DNA of 64,000 bases from an uncultured bacterium (GTDB lineage Bacteria > Patescibacteriota > Minisyncoccia > Phycocordibacterales > GWA1-40-21): contig CAWJAN010000001.1 of NCBI GenBank assembly GCA_963840885.1, forward strand, positions 115,051-179,050. Reading direction: 5' to 3'. The position numbers and the translations under genes were made by a program. The notes below the pieces were generated by a model. The model was not told the DNA's origin. It did no database searches and was given only the letters and a program-made list of their open reading frames with translations. How positions within the stretch are numbered: the first letter of the stretch is position 1; every line of letters begins with the position of its first letter. Positions 1 to 9,775 of the stretch are shown piece after piece.

Positions 1-653
1 TGCGGAAGATATCCCGTGCCTAGAAGAGTTTCCCGCCTTACAAGCGACGGCACTATCATGAAAAAATAATCTTTCCTGTTTTCCCTGAAAAAATCCAGGA
101 CAAAATTCCAAAGCGCCATCTCAAGCTCCGCGCCTTCATTCTTGAGGAAATATCCGCGGAAGCCGGCGACTTTTGTGCCCATTTCAAAATCGGCAAGGTC
201 ATGGTGCTCCATAAGCTCTATATGATCTTTCGGCCTGAAAGAAAATTTTGGAATCTCGCCCCATTTTCTTACTTCCTTATTGTCTTCTTCGCTGTCGCCT
301 TCCGGCACGGAAATATCCGGCACATTCGGTACGGCAAGCATGAGTTCCTGCCATTTTTTCATGACATCTTTCAGCTCTTCTTCCTGCTTCTGAAGACCTT
401 CTTTTAGGGTTTTCATCTGTCGCAAGAGCTCGGCTTTCTGATTATCGTCCTTGAGCTGTGGCAATCTCGTTGAAACTTCGTTCTGCTCAGCGCGCTTTTT
501 TTCCACTTCCGTGAGAAGCTCTTTTCTTTTGTCATCAAACTTAATAAGGTCGTCAACGTTGAATTTGACTCTCTTTTTTCTTGCGGCTTCGGTGATAAGC
601 TCTTTGTTCTCCCGGATGAATTTGATATCGAGCATGATTTTTTGCTTTTTCAT
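1..653 (-). CDS. serS: seryl-tRNA synthetase, N-terminal part; the gene continues beyond the window start
   Basis: Minus-strand translation reads MKKQKIMLDIKFIRENKELI..., then a long coiled-coil arm, then RPKDHIELMEHHDLADFEMGTKVAGFRGYFLKNEGAELEMALWNF, the typical SerS N-terminal arm and start of the catalytic core. The ORF is open to position 1. An alternative start is the ATG at 633-635 (MLDIKF). Confidence 0.8.
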   Translation of the reverse strand, partial: MKKQKIMLDIKFIRENKELITEAARKKRVKFNVDDLIKFDDKRKELLTEVEKKRAEQNEVSTRLPQLKDDNQKAELLRQMKTLKEGLQKQEEELKDVMKKWQELMLAVPNVPDISVPEGDSEEDNKEVRKWGEIPKFSFRPKDHIELMEHHDLADFEMGTKVAGFRGYFLKNEGAELEMALWNFVLDFFRENRKDYFFMIVPSLVRRETLLGTGYLP

Positions 654-682
654 TCTATCAAATGTTAGAATAAATTCAAAAT

Positions 683-1552
683 ATGAAAAGTTCTTCAATC
701 AAAATACTCGAAGGAAATGAAATTCCTGAAATGCTCCGGGAGATTCCAGATGCGCCGGAAAAGCTCTGGCTTGAAGGCTCTCTGCCCGGCCCGGAAACGA
801 AAATACTCTGTGTCGTCGGCTCAAGAAAATTCACTCCCTATGGCAAGGACGCCTGCGAAAAGCTTATCTCAGGTCTTCGCGGATACGACGTAGTTATCGT
901 CTCAGGCCTGGCTCTCGGCATTGATGCCATCGCCCACAAAGCCGCACTTGATGCAGGTTTGAAGACAATCGCTGTTCCCGGCTCAGGCCTAGACCGCTCT
1001 GTGCTTTATCCGAGTACAAACCGCCAGCTTGCCGAAAAGATTTTGGAATCCGGCGGAGCGCTCGTTTCAGAATTTGAACCGAAATTCCGCGCCACTCCTT
1101 ACAGCTTTCCGCAAAGAAATAGGATTATGGCCGGGCTCTCTCATGCCGTGCTTGTAATAGAAGCGGAAATAAAATCCGGCACGCTCATCACTTCGAAATT
1201 TGCCACGGAATACAATCGCGATGTGCTCACCGTTCCAGGCTCGATTTTCTCCAGGAATTCTGACGGGCCGAATATGCTCATCCGCCTCGGCGCTACGCCG
1301 ATGCGAACAAGTGAAGATATTCTTGAAGCTCTTGGATTCAAAATCGACGAAACTCCTCAAAATCTAGAGTTAAAATATTCTGATTGCTCACCAGAAGAAT
1401 TGCTTGTAATAAAAATACTTGCGGAGCCTATGCCAAAAGATGAACTTATTCGAACTATGAAAATGCCTACTTCAAAAGCAAGCACTGTGCTTTCAATAAT
1501 GGAGATTAAAGGATTGATAAAGGAAAGTATGGGAGAAGTTAGATTGGTTTAA
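683..1552 (+). CDS. dprA: DNA processing protein DprA/Smf
   Basis: Rossmann-like DprA motifs are present: GSRKFTPYG, VSGLALGIDAIAHKAAL and PQRNRIMAGLSHAVLVIEA..SGTLITSKFATEYNRDVLTVPG. There is a C-terminal winged-helix-like tail. Confidence 0.85.
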   Translation: MKSSSIKILEGNEIPEMLREIPDAPEKLWLEGSLPGPETKILCVVGSRKFTPYGKDACEKLISGLRGYDVVIVSGLALGIDAIAHKAALDAGLKTIAVPGSGLDRSVLYPSTNRQLAEKILESGGALVSEFEPKFRATPYSFPQRNRIMAGLSHAVLVIEAEIKSGTLITSKFATEYNRDVLTVPGSIFSRNSDGPNMLIRLGATPMRTSEDILEALGFKIDETPQNLELKYSDCSPEELLVIKILAEPMPKDELIRTMKMPTSKASTVLSIMEIKGLIKESMGEVRLV

Positions 1553-2385
1553 TTACTGTATAAAATTTGTTGATATTGAGCTACTAAAAGATTATAGTCC
1601 ATTTGGTATTTTTGAGTGATCATATTTTTTCTTCCCTCAACTATACTTGAAAGCTCACCTTCTCCTGATACTTGCGCTATATCGTTTGCATATTTTAAAT
1701 TAAGATCTGCTATCTGTTTATTTATGGCATCTAATTTTCCCTGTTTTATATTTTGAGCTTGGGTATTTGCAAAATTTGCAGCATCTTGAGCTGTTTGTTC
1801 TTGCATTGCTTGTAGATTTGAATTAGTAATAATTACTGCACTATTGCAAATATTAGTTGCAACTTGTCCTGAAGAATTAATAACTTTTACATTGGCACTT
1901 TTTATACCATCAGTCGTATATGTCCACGATATTGATTTATTATTACCACTTAAACCATCATCGCCTGACCAAATATATTGATGTGCAGCATCACCATCTG
2001 ATGGTTGCGCTGTCCATGTAACTGGCTCTGTTCCAACAACAGAATTTTTATCAGGAGAACAGTTAACGGTAAACGGTTGTGCTACTGTTTGGGAAATTGA
2101 ATTTGAAATATTTTGAGTATTTTGTTGAGTATTATTTATATCTTCATTTATTGTTGGAGTGTTAATTCCACCTTCAGTTTTGGAATTTGTATTATTTACT
2201 TTAGTAGTTGACGTGGAAGCAACTACGGTTGAAGTTGCAATTTCACTATTTTCTGTTTTTACAGATGAGTGAAACCAAGAAAAAATATTCCAGGTGAAAG
2301 GATTCCACCATGCTGCAAATGCTAAGTTTGGAACAATTAGTGAGACAAATATTGAGGATATGACCAATTTATGTATCTTACTCAT
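1549..2385 (-). CDS. secreted Ser/Thr/Asn-rich protein with a PKD/Ig-like module and a C-terminal coiled coil
   Basis: It has an N-terminal signal peptide (MSKIHKLVISSIFVSLIVPNLAFA) and a low-complexity S/T/N linker. A beta-sandwich-like segment reads FTVNCSPDK...WTAQPSDGD..YIWSGDDG. Its stop overlaps the dprA stop by 4 nt. Confidence 0.5.
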   Translation of the reverse strand: MSKIHKLVISSIFVSLIVPNLAFAAWWNPFTWNIFSWFHSSVKTENSEIATSTVVASTSTTKVNNTNSKTEGGINTPTINEDINNTQQNTQNISNSISQTVAQPFTVNCSPDKNSVVGTEPVTWTAQPSDGDAAHQYIWSGDDGLSGNNKSISWTYTTDGIKSANVKVINSSGQVATNICNSAVIITNSNLQAMQEQTAQDAANFANTQAQNIKQGKLDAINKQIADLNLKYANDIAQVSGEGELSSIVEGRKNMITQKYQMDYNLLVAQYQQILYSN

Positions 2386-2447
2386 AATTCAAAAAGTATA
2401 CCAAAATTTGCATTAAATTTAAATGTGTTATATTACTTATCAAACTT

Positions 2448-4628
2448 ATGAAGCTGGTAATCGTTGAATCGCCGTCAAAAGCGAAAACAATAGAAAAATA
2501 TTTAGGAAGCGACTATACCGTTCGCGCCTCCATCGGCCATGTCCGCGATTTGCCTAAATCAAACAAAGACGCCATCGATGTAAAAGGTGGATTCATTCCC
2601 CGCTATGTCGTTTCTCCTGGAAAAGAAAAAGTCATTTCCGAAATAAAAAGTCTTTCAAAGAAAGCCTCTGAAGTGCTCCTCGCAACCGACCCTGACCGAG
2701 AAGGAGAAGCTATCGCCTGGCATATAAAGGAAGCTGTCGGCCTGAAAAACCCGAAAAGAGTCCGATTTTATGAAATCACTAAAGACGCGGTAAAAGAAGC
2801 GATTCAGCATCCTACAGATATAGACGAAAATCTCCGCAAAGCCCAGGAAGCAAGAAGAGTTCTCGACCGACTTGTCGGCTATGATCTTTCCGGCCTTATC
2901 TGGAAAAAAGTCCGCTACGGCCTTTCAGCCGGACGCGTGCAGTCCCCCGCACTCCGCATAATAATGGAGCGTGAAAGAGAAATACGCGCATTCGTGCCCG
3001 AGCAATATTGGGTCATTGAAGCGGATGTCTCGACGAAATCGAAAGAAAAAATCACAGTTGTATGCGATAAAGAACCGCGAGACCTGAAAGAAGTGGAAAA
3101 AATACTTGCCGCCGGAAACAAAGAAGCATGGTCGGTGAAAAGCGTCACAGAAACTGAAGCGAAGAGAAGTCCGAAAGCGCCCTTTACCACTTCCACGCTC
3201 CAGCAATCGGCTTCTACGAGGCTAGGGCTTTCCCCTTCAAACACAATGCGCATAGCGCAGAAGCTTTATGAAGCCGGTTACATTACATATATGAGGACGG
3301 ACAGCACAAACCTTGCCGAATCGGCGCTGAGTCAGATTGCCGCAGTGGTAAGCAAAAAATACGGCACAAATTACGCAAAGAAAACGATTTACGCGACAAA
3401 ATCAAAAAACGCCCAAGAAGCGCATGAGGCAATAAGGCCGACGGACGCGGCAAACGAAATCGCCGGCCTTGCCGATGACCAGAAAAAACTTTATCGCCTC
3501 ATATGGCAGCGAACAGTTGCCTCGCAGATGGCCGATGCAAAAATCTTAAGGACGAAAGTCTCGGCTGGTGTAGAAAATAAAGACGTTCCAAGCTTTTCCG
3601 CAAACGGCTCGAGAACTCTCTTTGACGGCTGGCTCCGCGCCGACCCTGATGCACGTGGCGAAGACGTGGAATTGCCGAAAGTGTCAGAAGGCAATGCGCT
3701 CAAGCTTTTGGATATAAGAAGCGGAGAAAAATTCACCGAAGCGCCGAACAGATACACCGAGGCCGGACTCATCAAAGAGCTCGAGAAAAGAGGTATCGGC
3801 AGGCCTTCCACTTACGCTTCTATCATGAGAACGCTTGAAGAGCGTGGCTACGTGGAAAAACAGAACAGGACTCTAATGCCGACAGACACAGGAGACGTGG
3901 TCAGCACATTCCTCGAGAATAATTTCGCAAACTACATAAGCGATACTTTTACTGCGGAAATGGAAGATGAGCTCGATGATATCGCTACCGGAAAAAGAGA
4001 TTATACGAAAACTCTTAAAGACTTTTACGGGCCATTTGCAAAAGAGGTCAAAGAAAAAGAAAAGCTGGACAAGGCGACCACTCTTGGTGAAGCCGATGCG
4101 AAATTCAAATGCCCTATTTGCGGCTCGCCGATGATCATCAAGCTTGGAAGAAACGGAAAGTTTCTGTCATGTTCGAGATATCCGGACTGCACCGGAGCGC
4201 TTATGATAAACGGCGAAGAATTGCCTAAAGATAAAATCATAGGAAAAGATCCGGAAACAGGACTCGATATAACACTGAAGACCGGAAAATACGGGCCTTA
4301 TGTCCAGCTCGGCGAAGATACAGGAAAGGGCAAAAAGAAAGTGAAATCCAGGAAAGCCAGCATTCCGAAAGAAGTCAATCCCGACGATGTCACACTTCCG
4401 ATGGCGCTCAAATACCTGAGCCTGCCGAGACTTCTTGGAACTCATCCGGAAACCGGAAAAAATATTACGGCAAGCATCGGACGCTTCGGGCCGTATATAG
4501 TGCACGACGGAGATTTCAGATCGCTGAAAACCGACGACGTTTATGCAATAGAGCTGGAACGTGCGCTCGGAATACTCAAGGAAGAAAAGAAAGTTGGCAG
4601 AGGAAGGTTTGCAAAAAAGAAAAAATAA
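2448..4628 (+). CDS. topA: DNA topoisomerase I
   Basis: The N-terminus reads MKLVIVESPSKAKTIEKYLG (Toprim). The active-site region is present, and C-terminal zinc-ribbon motifs read CPICGSPM...CSRYPDC. Confidence 0.95.
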   Translation: MKLVIVESPSKAKTIEKYLGSDYTVRASIGHVRDLPKSNKDAIDVKGGFIPRYVVSPGKEKVISEIKSLSKKASEVLLATDPDREGEAIAWHIKEAVGLKNPKRVRFYEITKDAVKEAIQHPTDIDENLRKAQEARRVLDRLVGYDLSGLIWKKVRYGLSAGRVQSPALRIIMEREREIRAFVPEQYWVIEADVSTKSKEKITVVCDKEPRDLKEVEKILAAGNKEAWSVKSVTETEAKRSPKAPFTTSTLQQSASTRLGLSPSNTMRIAQKLYEAGYITYMRTDSTNLAESALSQIAAVVSKKYGTNYAKKTIYATKSKNAQEAHEAIRPTDAANEIAGLADDQKKLYRLIWQRTVASQMADAKILRTKVSAGVENKDVPSFSANGSRTLFDGWLRADPDARGEDVELPKVSEGNALKLLDIRSGEKFTEAPNRYTEAGLIKELEKRGIGRPSTYASIMRTLEERGYVEKQNRTLMPTDTGDVVSTFLENNFANYISDTFTAEMEDELDDIATGKRDYTKTLKDFYGPFAKEVKEKEKLDKATTLGEADAKFKCPICGSPMIIKLGRNGKFLSCSRYPDCTGALMINGEELPKDKIIGKDPETGLDITLKTGKYGPYVQLGEDTGKGKKKVKSRKASIPKEVNPDDVTLPMALKYLSLPRLLGTHPETGKNITASIGRFGPYIVHDGDFRSLKTDDVYAIELERALGILKEEKKVGRGRFAKKKK

Positions 4629-4631
4629 GAG

Positions 4632-4670
4632 AATGAGGCCGAGGGCAACGCCCTCGGCCTCATTTTTCGA
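4632..4670 (+). terminator. rho-independent terminator after topA
   Basis: A GC-rich perfect hairpin aatgaggccgagggc-aacg-gccctcggcctcatt is followed by TTTTT. Confidence 0.8.
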
Positions 4671-4709
4671 AGTTGATTTTAATGTTTTTAAAATATACTA
4701 TTACTACCC

Positions 4710-6239
4710 ATGAATATCGAGGAAATTTTCAAGCTTCTCGGCTCGCCTAAGGAAGAAGAGAAAAAGCTGATTAAAAAAGCGCATGATTTTGCCTTAAAAG
4801 CCCATCAAGGACAAAAAAGATTGTCCGGGGAGCCGTATTTTAATCATGTTTTTGAAGTGGTTAAAATCCTGGCCGAATTGCAGATGTCTCCCACCACTAT
4901 AGTAGCCGGCTTTCTTCATGACACGATAGAAGACAAAGTTGCCACGGAAGACGAGATAAGAAAAGAATTCGGAGATGAAGTGCTGTTTCTTGTAAAGGGA
5001 GTAACCAAGCTCGACAATGTCAAATACAAAGGATCCGACAGGCATATTGAATCTTTGCGAAAATTCTTCGTAGCCACGGCGCAGGATATACGCGTACTCA
5101 TCATAAAATTCGCCGACCGCCTCCACAATATGCGCACGCTACAATATCTGCCTGAAGAAAAGCAAAAAAGGATAGCGCTTGAAACTCTTGAGATATACGC
5201 TCCCCTTGCCGACAGGCTTTCTATCAGGCTTGTGGCAAGAGAGCTGGAAGATTTGGCATTCAAATTCGCCTATCCTAAAGAATATGAAGAAACGGTGAAG
5301 CTCCTGAAAAGCAAGGAGAAGGAATCTTTTCCGTATCTGGAAAAATTCACAAGAGAAGTAAAGAAGGCTCTGGCGAAAGAAAATATGATAAATTTCAGGA
5401 CTGACTTCAGGGAAAAAGGCATCTATAGCCTTTACAAAAAGCTCAAGGCAAAGAAAAATGATATAGAAAAAATATATGACATACTGGCCGTCAGGATTTA
5501 TGTCGACACGGTCGCAGACTGCTATAAGGTGCTCGGGATAATACACGGCATATGGAGGCCTCTTCCAGGCAGGATTAAAGATTATATAGCCTATCCAAAA
5601 CCGAACGGCTATCAAAGCCTTCACACCACTATACTGACAAGCGACGGAGCCATAATCGAAGTGCAGATAAGGACGAATGAGATGCATTACAATGCCGAAT
5701 ACGGTATCGCTTCGCATATATCGTATAAAAAATATGTCGGATCAAAACTGAAAAAAGAAGATGCTGAAACTAAATGGTTCAAGCAATTTCTTCCAAAGAT
5801 AATAAATTATTCCGGCAAGGAGAGCGAAATCGTGAACAGCGAAGCCGTGCCTGGATGGATGAAGGAGCTCGCCGATATGCAGGCGAATATAAAAACTGCG
5901 GAAGAAAAAGAAGAGATGATGGACAATCTAAAAGCTGATTTTTTCAATGAAAGGATTTTTGTAATGACTCCCAAGGGTGATGTCATAGACCTGCCGAAAG
6001 ATTCCAAGGTATTGGACTTTGCTTATGCAATACATTCGAAGATCGGCGACCACACGAACGGTGCGCGAATAAACGGCAAGATGGTATCGCTCGATACCGT
6101 GCTCGATAACGGCGACATAGTTGAGATAATAACCAGGGAATCTTCAAAGCCTAGCGCCAAGTGGCTCGATATAGTGAAAACCAGCATGGCAAAAAGGCAT
6201 ATAAACAACTCTCTGGAAAAACTGAAAAACAAGAAATAA
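4710..6239 (+). CDS. rel: bifunctional (p)ppGpp synthetase/hydrolase, short RelA/SpoT-homolog form
   Basis: An HD hydrolase motif (HDTIEDK) is followed by a RelA/SpoT synthetase domain (YQSLHTTI) and a TGS domain (GDVIDLPKDSKVLDFAYAIHSKIGDH..INGKMVSLDTVLDNGDIVEIIT). No ACT domain is present, and the protein is only 509 aa. Confidence 0.85.
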   Translation: MNIEEIFKLLGSPKEEEKKLIKKAHDFALKAHQGQKRLSGEPYFNHVFEVVKILAELQMSPTTIVAGFLHDTIEDKVATEDEIRKEFGDEVLFLVKGVTKLDNVKYKGSDRHIESLRKFFVATAQDIRVLIIKFADRLHNMRTLQYLPEEKQKRIALETLEIYAPLADRLSIRLVARELEDLAFKFAYPKEYEETVKLLKSKEKESFPYLEKFTREVKKALAKENMINFRTDFREKGIYSLYKKLKAKKNDIEKIYDILAVRIYVDTVADCYKVLGIIHGIWRPLPGRIKDYIAYPKPNGYQSLHTTILTSDGAIIEVQIRTNEMHYNAEYGIASHISYKKYVGSKLKKEDAETKWFKQFLPKIINYSGKESEIVNSEAVPGWMKELADMQANIKTAEEKEEMMDNLKADFFNERIFVMTPKGDVIDLPKDSKVLDFAYAIHSKIGDHTNGARINGKMVSLDTVLDNGDIVEIITRESSKPSAKWLDIVKTSMAKRHINNSLEKLKNKK

Positions 6240-6272
6240 AAAGCGGCGCCCTTCGGGCGCCGCTTTTTATTT
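6240..6272. terminator. bidirectional intrinsic terminator between rel (+) and parB (-)
   Basis: Hairpin agcggcgccc-ttcg-ggcgccgct has T-runs on the plus strand and A-runs upstream, so it is a T-run on the minus strand. Confidence 0.8.
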
Positions 6273-6277
6273 CTTGT

Positions 6278-7291
6278 TTACAGAGAAAAATTTTTCACCG
6301 AGTATATATCTTCCCCTTCTTCATTTTTTGCGCTTGAATCATCATCCATTTCAATCGCCTCTTCTTCACTTAGCTTAGGCGCTGATTCTACGCTTCCAAC
6401 TTCTGAAATATGCTTATCAAGAAGCTCATCGATTTTTTTCTTGTCTTTGCTGTTTATAAGGTCGAGTATGGCTTTAACATCTGCATTTGAAAAGAAATCT
6501 ATCTTTATCGTTCCGCCATTCTGCCCTTTTTCTATATGCACTCTTGTGCCGAGCGATTCCGCAAATTTCTTTTCTAAATCCATTATTTCCGGATCGATTA
6601 TATTTTCCTTCTTTCTTGATTTTTCAACGGCAATCTTTCTTGCTATGAGCTCCGCGTCCCTGACGGTAATTTTTTTATATACTATCTCCTTGAAAAGAGT
6701 TTCCTGCTCGTCCGGCCTGTCTATAAGCATCAGAAGCGGCCTTGTATGGCCTTCGAGTATTTTTCCTTCAGAAATCGCGGTTAGCATATGTTCTGGGAGC
6801 GAAAGAATCCTCAAGCTATTGGAAACATATTCGCGCGATCTTCCTATCTTTTGGGCAATCTGCGTATGTTTGAGGTTGAAATCTTCGGCAAGCTTTTGGA
6901 ATGCTTTCGCCCTGTCAACGCAGTTGAGGTCTTCTCTCTGTAGGTTTTCTATGATTGCAAGCTCAAGCTTCATCAAGTCTGATTCTTCATTTGAACGGAT
7001 AACAACAGGTATCTGCGCAAGCCCGGCTATTTTGGAAGCGCGCAGTCTCCTTTCTCCGGATATAAGCTCGTATTCCACGCCGAGTCCGCCGTCAGTTTTC
7101 TGAAATTCTTTTCTTGTGACGACAATCGGCTGAAGAACGCCGTATTGGCGTATCGATTCCGAAAGATCCTTGAGCTTTGATTCGTCAAATTCTTTTCTTG
7201 GCTGAAACGGATTCGGTCTGACCTTATCGAGCTCGACCCAAAAGATCGAGTCGTTGTAAAATTGTCCTGACATATCGCAGTATTTTATCAC
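6278..7291 (-). CDS. parB: ParB/Spo0J-family partition protein with an acidic C-terminal extension
   Basis: ParB box GERRLRASKIAGL..IPVVIR is present. The HTH reads KHTQIAQKIGRSREYVSNSLRILSLPEHMLTAISEGKILEGHTRPLL. Confidence 0.85.
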   Translation of the reverse strand: MIKYCDMSGQFYNDSIFWVELDKVRPNPFQPRKEFDESKLKDLSESIRQYGVLQPIVVTRKEFQKTDGGLGVEYELISGERRLRASKIAGLAQIPVVIRSNEESDLMKLELAIIENLQREDLNCVDRAKAFQKLAEDFNLKHTQIAQKIGRSREYVSNSLRILSLPEHMLTAISEGKILEGHTRPLLMLIDRPDEQETLFKEIVYKKITVRDAELIARKIAVEKSRKKENIIDPEIMDLEKKFAESLGTRVHIEKGQNGGTIKIDFFSNADVKAILDLINSKDKKKIDELLDKHISEVGSVESAPKLSEEEAIEMDDDSSAKNEEGEDIYSVKNFSL

Positions 7292-7472
7292 AGCCGATTG
7301 CCAAATAGAAATTGATTTTTGTTCATAAATTAAGTATTATGCATTCGATGCCGGGATGGATGAAAAGTGAACTGCTTCACTTTTCATCCGAGCGTAGCGA
7401 GGTGGCCGCCATCCCGGCATAGGTTCCGCCATACTTGGCGGAATCAAAAATTCGCAGTATATTTTTGAATAT

Positions 7473-7554
7473 GCCGGGATGGCGGAATTGGTAGACGCAC
7501 ACGACTCAAAATCGTGCGGAGCAATCCATGGGAGTTCGATTCTCCCTCCCGGCA
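7473..7554 (+). tRNA. tRNA-Leu(CAA)
   Basis: Cloverleaf: acceptor gccggga/tcccggc, D-arm, anticodon loop cuCAAaa, long variable arm ggagcaatccatggga, T-arm gagttcgattctc. No encoded CCA. Confidence 0.85.
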
Positions 7555-7671
7555 CAACAAACACAAAGCACTTCTATGTGCTTTTTTGTTTTGCAAATTT
7601 AAATTATTTGACAACGTAAAGTAAAAGATGTAAATTATTAAAGGAAAAACAATAACTCCGGAGGTGTTCTC

Positions 7672-8226
7672 TTGAAAAGCGAAAAAATCGTTTATCTTCT
7701 TGTTGGACAAAGAGGATCGGGCAAAAGCGGTTACATAGAAAAAATCTTGAAGAACCAAAACGGCTTTTATATTATAAGCCGGGATGAGATTCTCATTCGT
7801 CTTTTCGGTTCCACGGATTTGAATCCTTATACGGGCGGGCATTGCTATGCATTTAAAATCATGCGTCGCCTTATTAGTATGAAACTGTCATCTTCCGGCA
7901 ATATTAAATTGATTCTTGATTGCTGGACGGGCAACAGTTCTGAGAGAAAAGCGCTTATTAAAGGATTGCAATCCTGCGGCGCAACCAAGATCATTGCATT
8001 ATATTTTATGACTCCGCTTGAAACAGTAAAGGAATGGTTTTGGAAAAAACCGGGGATTAAAAAGATAGGTCAGAAGGCCGACGATGAAGAGCATACCGTC
8101 TTTTTTTCTGAGGATGCTCCTGAGCGAGATTATGAAATATTCCATAATCTTGCCAAAGATATCAACTCGGACGGTTTTGATAAAGTTGTGAGGATTGATC
8201 CCACACAACCAGTTGTTGTTCTTTAA
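7672..8226 (+). CDS. P-loop NTPase/kinase-like protein (AAA_33/zeta-toxin-like fold)
   Basis: Walker A motif VGQRGSGKSGY is present. TTG start at 7672 has a GGAGGTG RBS 6-12 nt upstream. Size is typical of small nucleotide/polynucleotide kinases. Confidence 0.55.
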   Translation: MKSEKIVYLLVGQRGSGKSGYIEKILKNQNGFYIISRDEILIRLFGSTDLNPYTGGHCYAFKIMRRLISMKLSSSGNIKLILDCWTGNSSERKALIKGLQSCGATKIIALYFMTPLETVKEWFWKKPGIKKIGQKADDEEHTVFFSEDAPERDYEIFHNLAKDINSDGFDKVVRIDPTQPVVVL

Positions 8227-8237
8227 CCTGTTGTTAA

Positions 8238-8272
8238 GGAACCGTCTGTTATTCAGACGGTTCTTTTTTATT
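8238..8272 (+). terminator. rho-independent terminator
   Basis: Hairpin gaaccgtctg-ttattc-agacggttc is followed by a T-run. Confidence 0.75.
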
Positions 8273-8292
8273 TTTATGATACTATCTTTCTC

Positions 8293-9177
8293 ATGAAGCC
8301 AAAGATCTTAGTCATCCTCGGTCCGACCGCCACCGGCAAAAGCGGACTTGCCGTAAAAATCGCAAAAAAATTCAATGGCGAAATAATAAGCGCCGATTCT
8401 CGCCAGGTCTATAAGGGTATGAATCTTGGTAGCGGAAAAATTACCAAAAAAGAGATGCTTGGTATTCCCCATCACCTTATTGATGTCGTTTTGCCGAATA
8501 CTCGGTTTTCAGTTGCCGAGTATAAGAAACTTGCCGAAAAATCCATTGAAAAAATAATCGCAAAGGGAAAACTTCCTATAATCTGCGGCGGAACGGGATT
8601 CTACATAGACAGCATCATAAAAAATATTGAGCTTCCGGAAGTGCCGCCGAATCAAAAATTAAGAAAGATTTTGAATAAAAAATCAGCCGAAAGCCTCTTT
8701 AAGATGCTCGGAAAGCTTTCTCCTTCTCGCGCAAAAAATATTGATAGATATAACAAAGTCCGCCTTATACGAGCCATCGAAATAGCCAAAGCGCTCGGCA
8801 ATGTTCCGGAAATAAAGGAATTGCCAGGCAAATATGATTTTATTTTTATCGGACTCGATTTGCCTGATAAAGATTTGAAGAACAAGATAAGCATTCGGCT
8901 GTTGGCGCGAATAAAGACAGGAATGATTAATGAAGTTAAGAGACTTCATAAAGAAGGTGTTTCCTGGAAGCGGCTTGAATCTTTCGGCCTTGAATACCGC
9001 CAAATCTCTATGTATCTGCAAGGAAAAATTTCAAAGAATAAGATGATAGAAAACCTCAAAAACGATATCTGGCATTTCGCCAAACGGCAAAGGACCTGGT
9101 TCAAAAGAAACGAAGATATTAAGTGGTTCGGGCTGGAAGAATATAAAAAAATTATAAGGTATCTTTCTTCAAAATAG
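8293..9177 (+). CDS. miaA: tRNA dimethylallyltransferase
   Basis: Motifs GPTATGKSGLAV, ISADSRQVYKGMNLGSGK and the conserved MiaA core are present. Confidence 0.9.
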   Translation: MKPKILVILGPTATGKSGLAVKIAKKFNGEIISADSRQVYKGMNLGSGKITKKEMLGIPHHLIDVVLPNTRFSVAEYKKLAEKSIEKIIAKGKLPIICGGTGFYIDSIIKNIELPEVPPNQKLRKILNKKSAESLFKMLGKLSPSRAKNIDRYNKVRLIRAIEIAKALGNVPEIKELPGKYDFIFIGLDLPDKDLKNKISIRLLARIKTGMINEVKRLHKEGVSWKRLESFGLEYRQISMYLQGKISKNKMIENLKNDIWHFAKRQRTWFKRNEDIKWFGLEEYKKIIRYLSSK

Positions 9178-9757
9178 TCTGTTTTTTCCTTAAATGTTCA
9201 GGCAAAATAATTGCAAGAATAAGGAGCGTATTTATAATGTTCAGATAAATAAGAAATCCCGCCTCTGAAAAGCTGTATGTCTGTATGGCAAAAAAACCGG
9301 TCAAAGAATTGAACAGGCTTGCTGCATAAATATTCACTGATTCGGTTTCCGGATATTTCCATGACTTGATAAGGGTCGGTATAGCGGCCGTAAAATCGCC
9401 GGCTATGGCGAAGAGGACGGCCAGACCGGGATTCTTAGTAATTATCCACAACAGAAGAGCGACAACGGAAAATGAGCCGCACAGATAATCGAACCATTTC
9501 AGCTCCCAATGGGACTTCGGATTCATGAATGAGAATGCCAGAACTGGAAAAGAGACTAGTCCGGTTATGAAAACCGGCAATACGATAAGGCCTGCGCCTT
9601 TGGATAATGCGGCTGCGGTGGCAATCATCGGAGAAATCGTCCACATAAGCCAGCTTATCTTATTCGGCCTGTTTTTCTCCAATATGATTCCATGAATATA
9701 CGGAAACATTCCGATTATATTCACGAGTGCCCCTATCAATACAAGATATTCCAACAT
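9152..9757 (-). CDS. polytopic membrane protein, unknown function
   Basis: 201 aa with about 6 predicted hydrophobic helices. No motif recognised. Confidence 0.45.
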   Translation of the reverse strand: MLEYLVLIGALVNIIGMFPYIHGIILEKNRPNKISWLMWTISPMIATAAALSKGAGLIVLPVFITGLVSFPVLAFSFMNPKSHWELKWFDYLCGSFSVVALLLWIITKNPGLAVLFAIAGDFTAAIPTLIKSWKYPETESVNIYAASLFNSLTGFFAIQTYSFSEAGFLIYLNIINTLLILAIILPEHLRKKQTILKKDTL

Positions 9758-9775
9758 GCGGTTTGCATTTAAAGA

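Noticed and set aside
201-720. Plus-strand ORFs of 68 and 89 aa at the window start
   Set aside because: They are antisense to the clearly recognisable serS N-terminal coding region.
7337-7842. Minus-strand ORFs of 75 and 132 aa overlapping tRNA-Leu
   Set aside because: They overlap a confident tRNA gene and its structured upstream element. They have no RBS and no coding-like composition.
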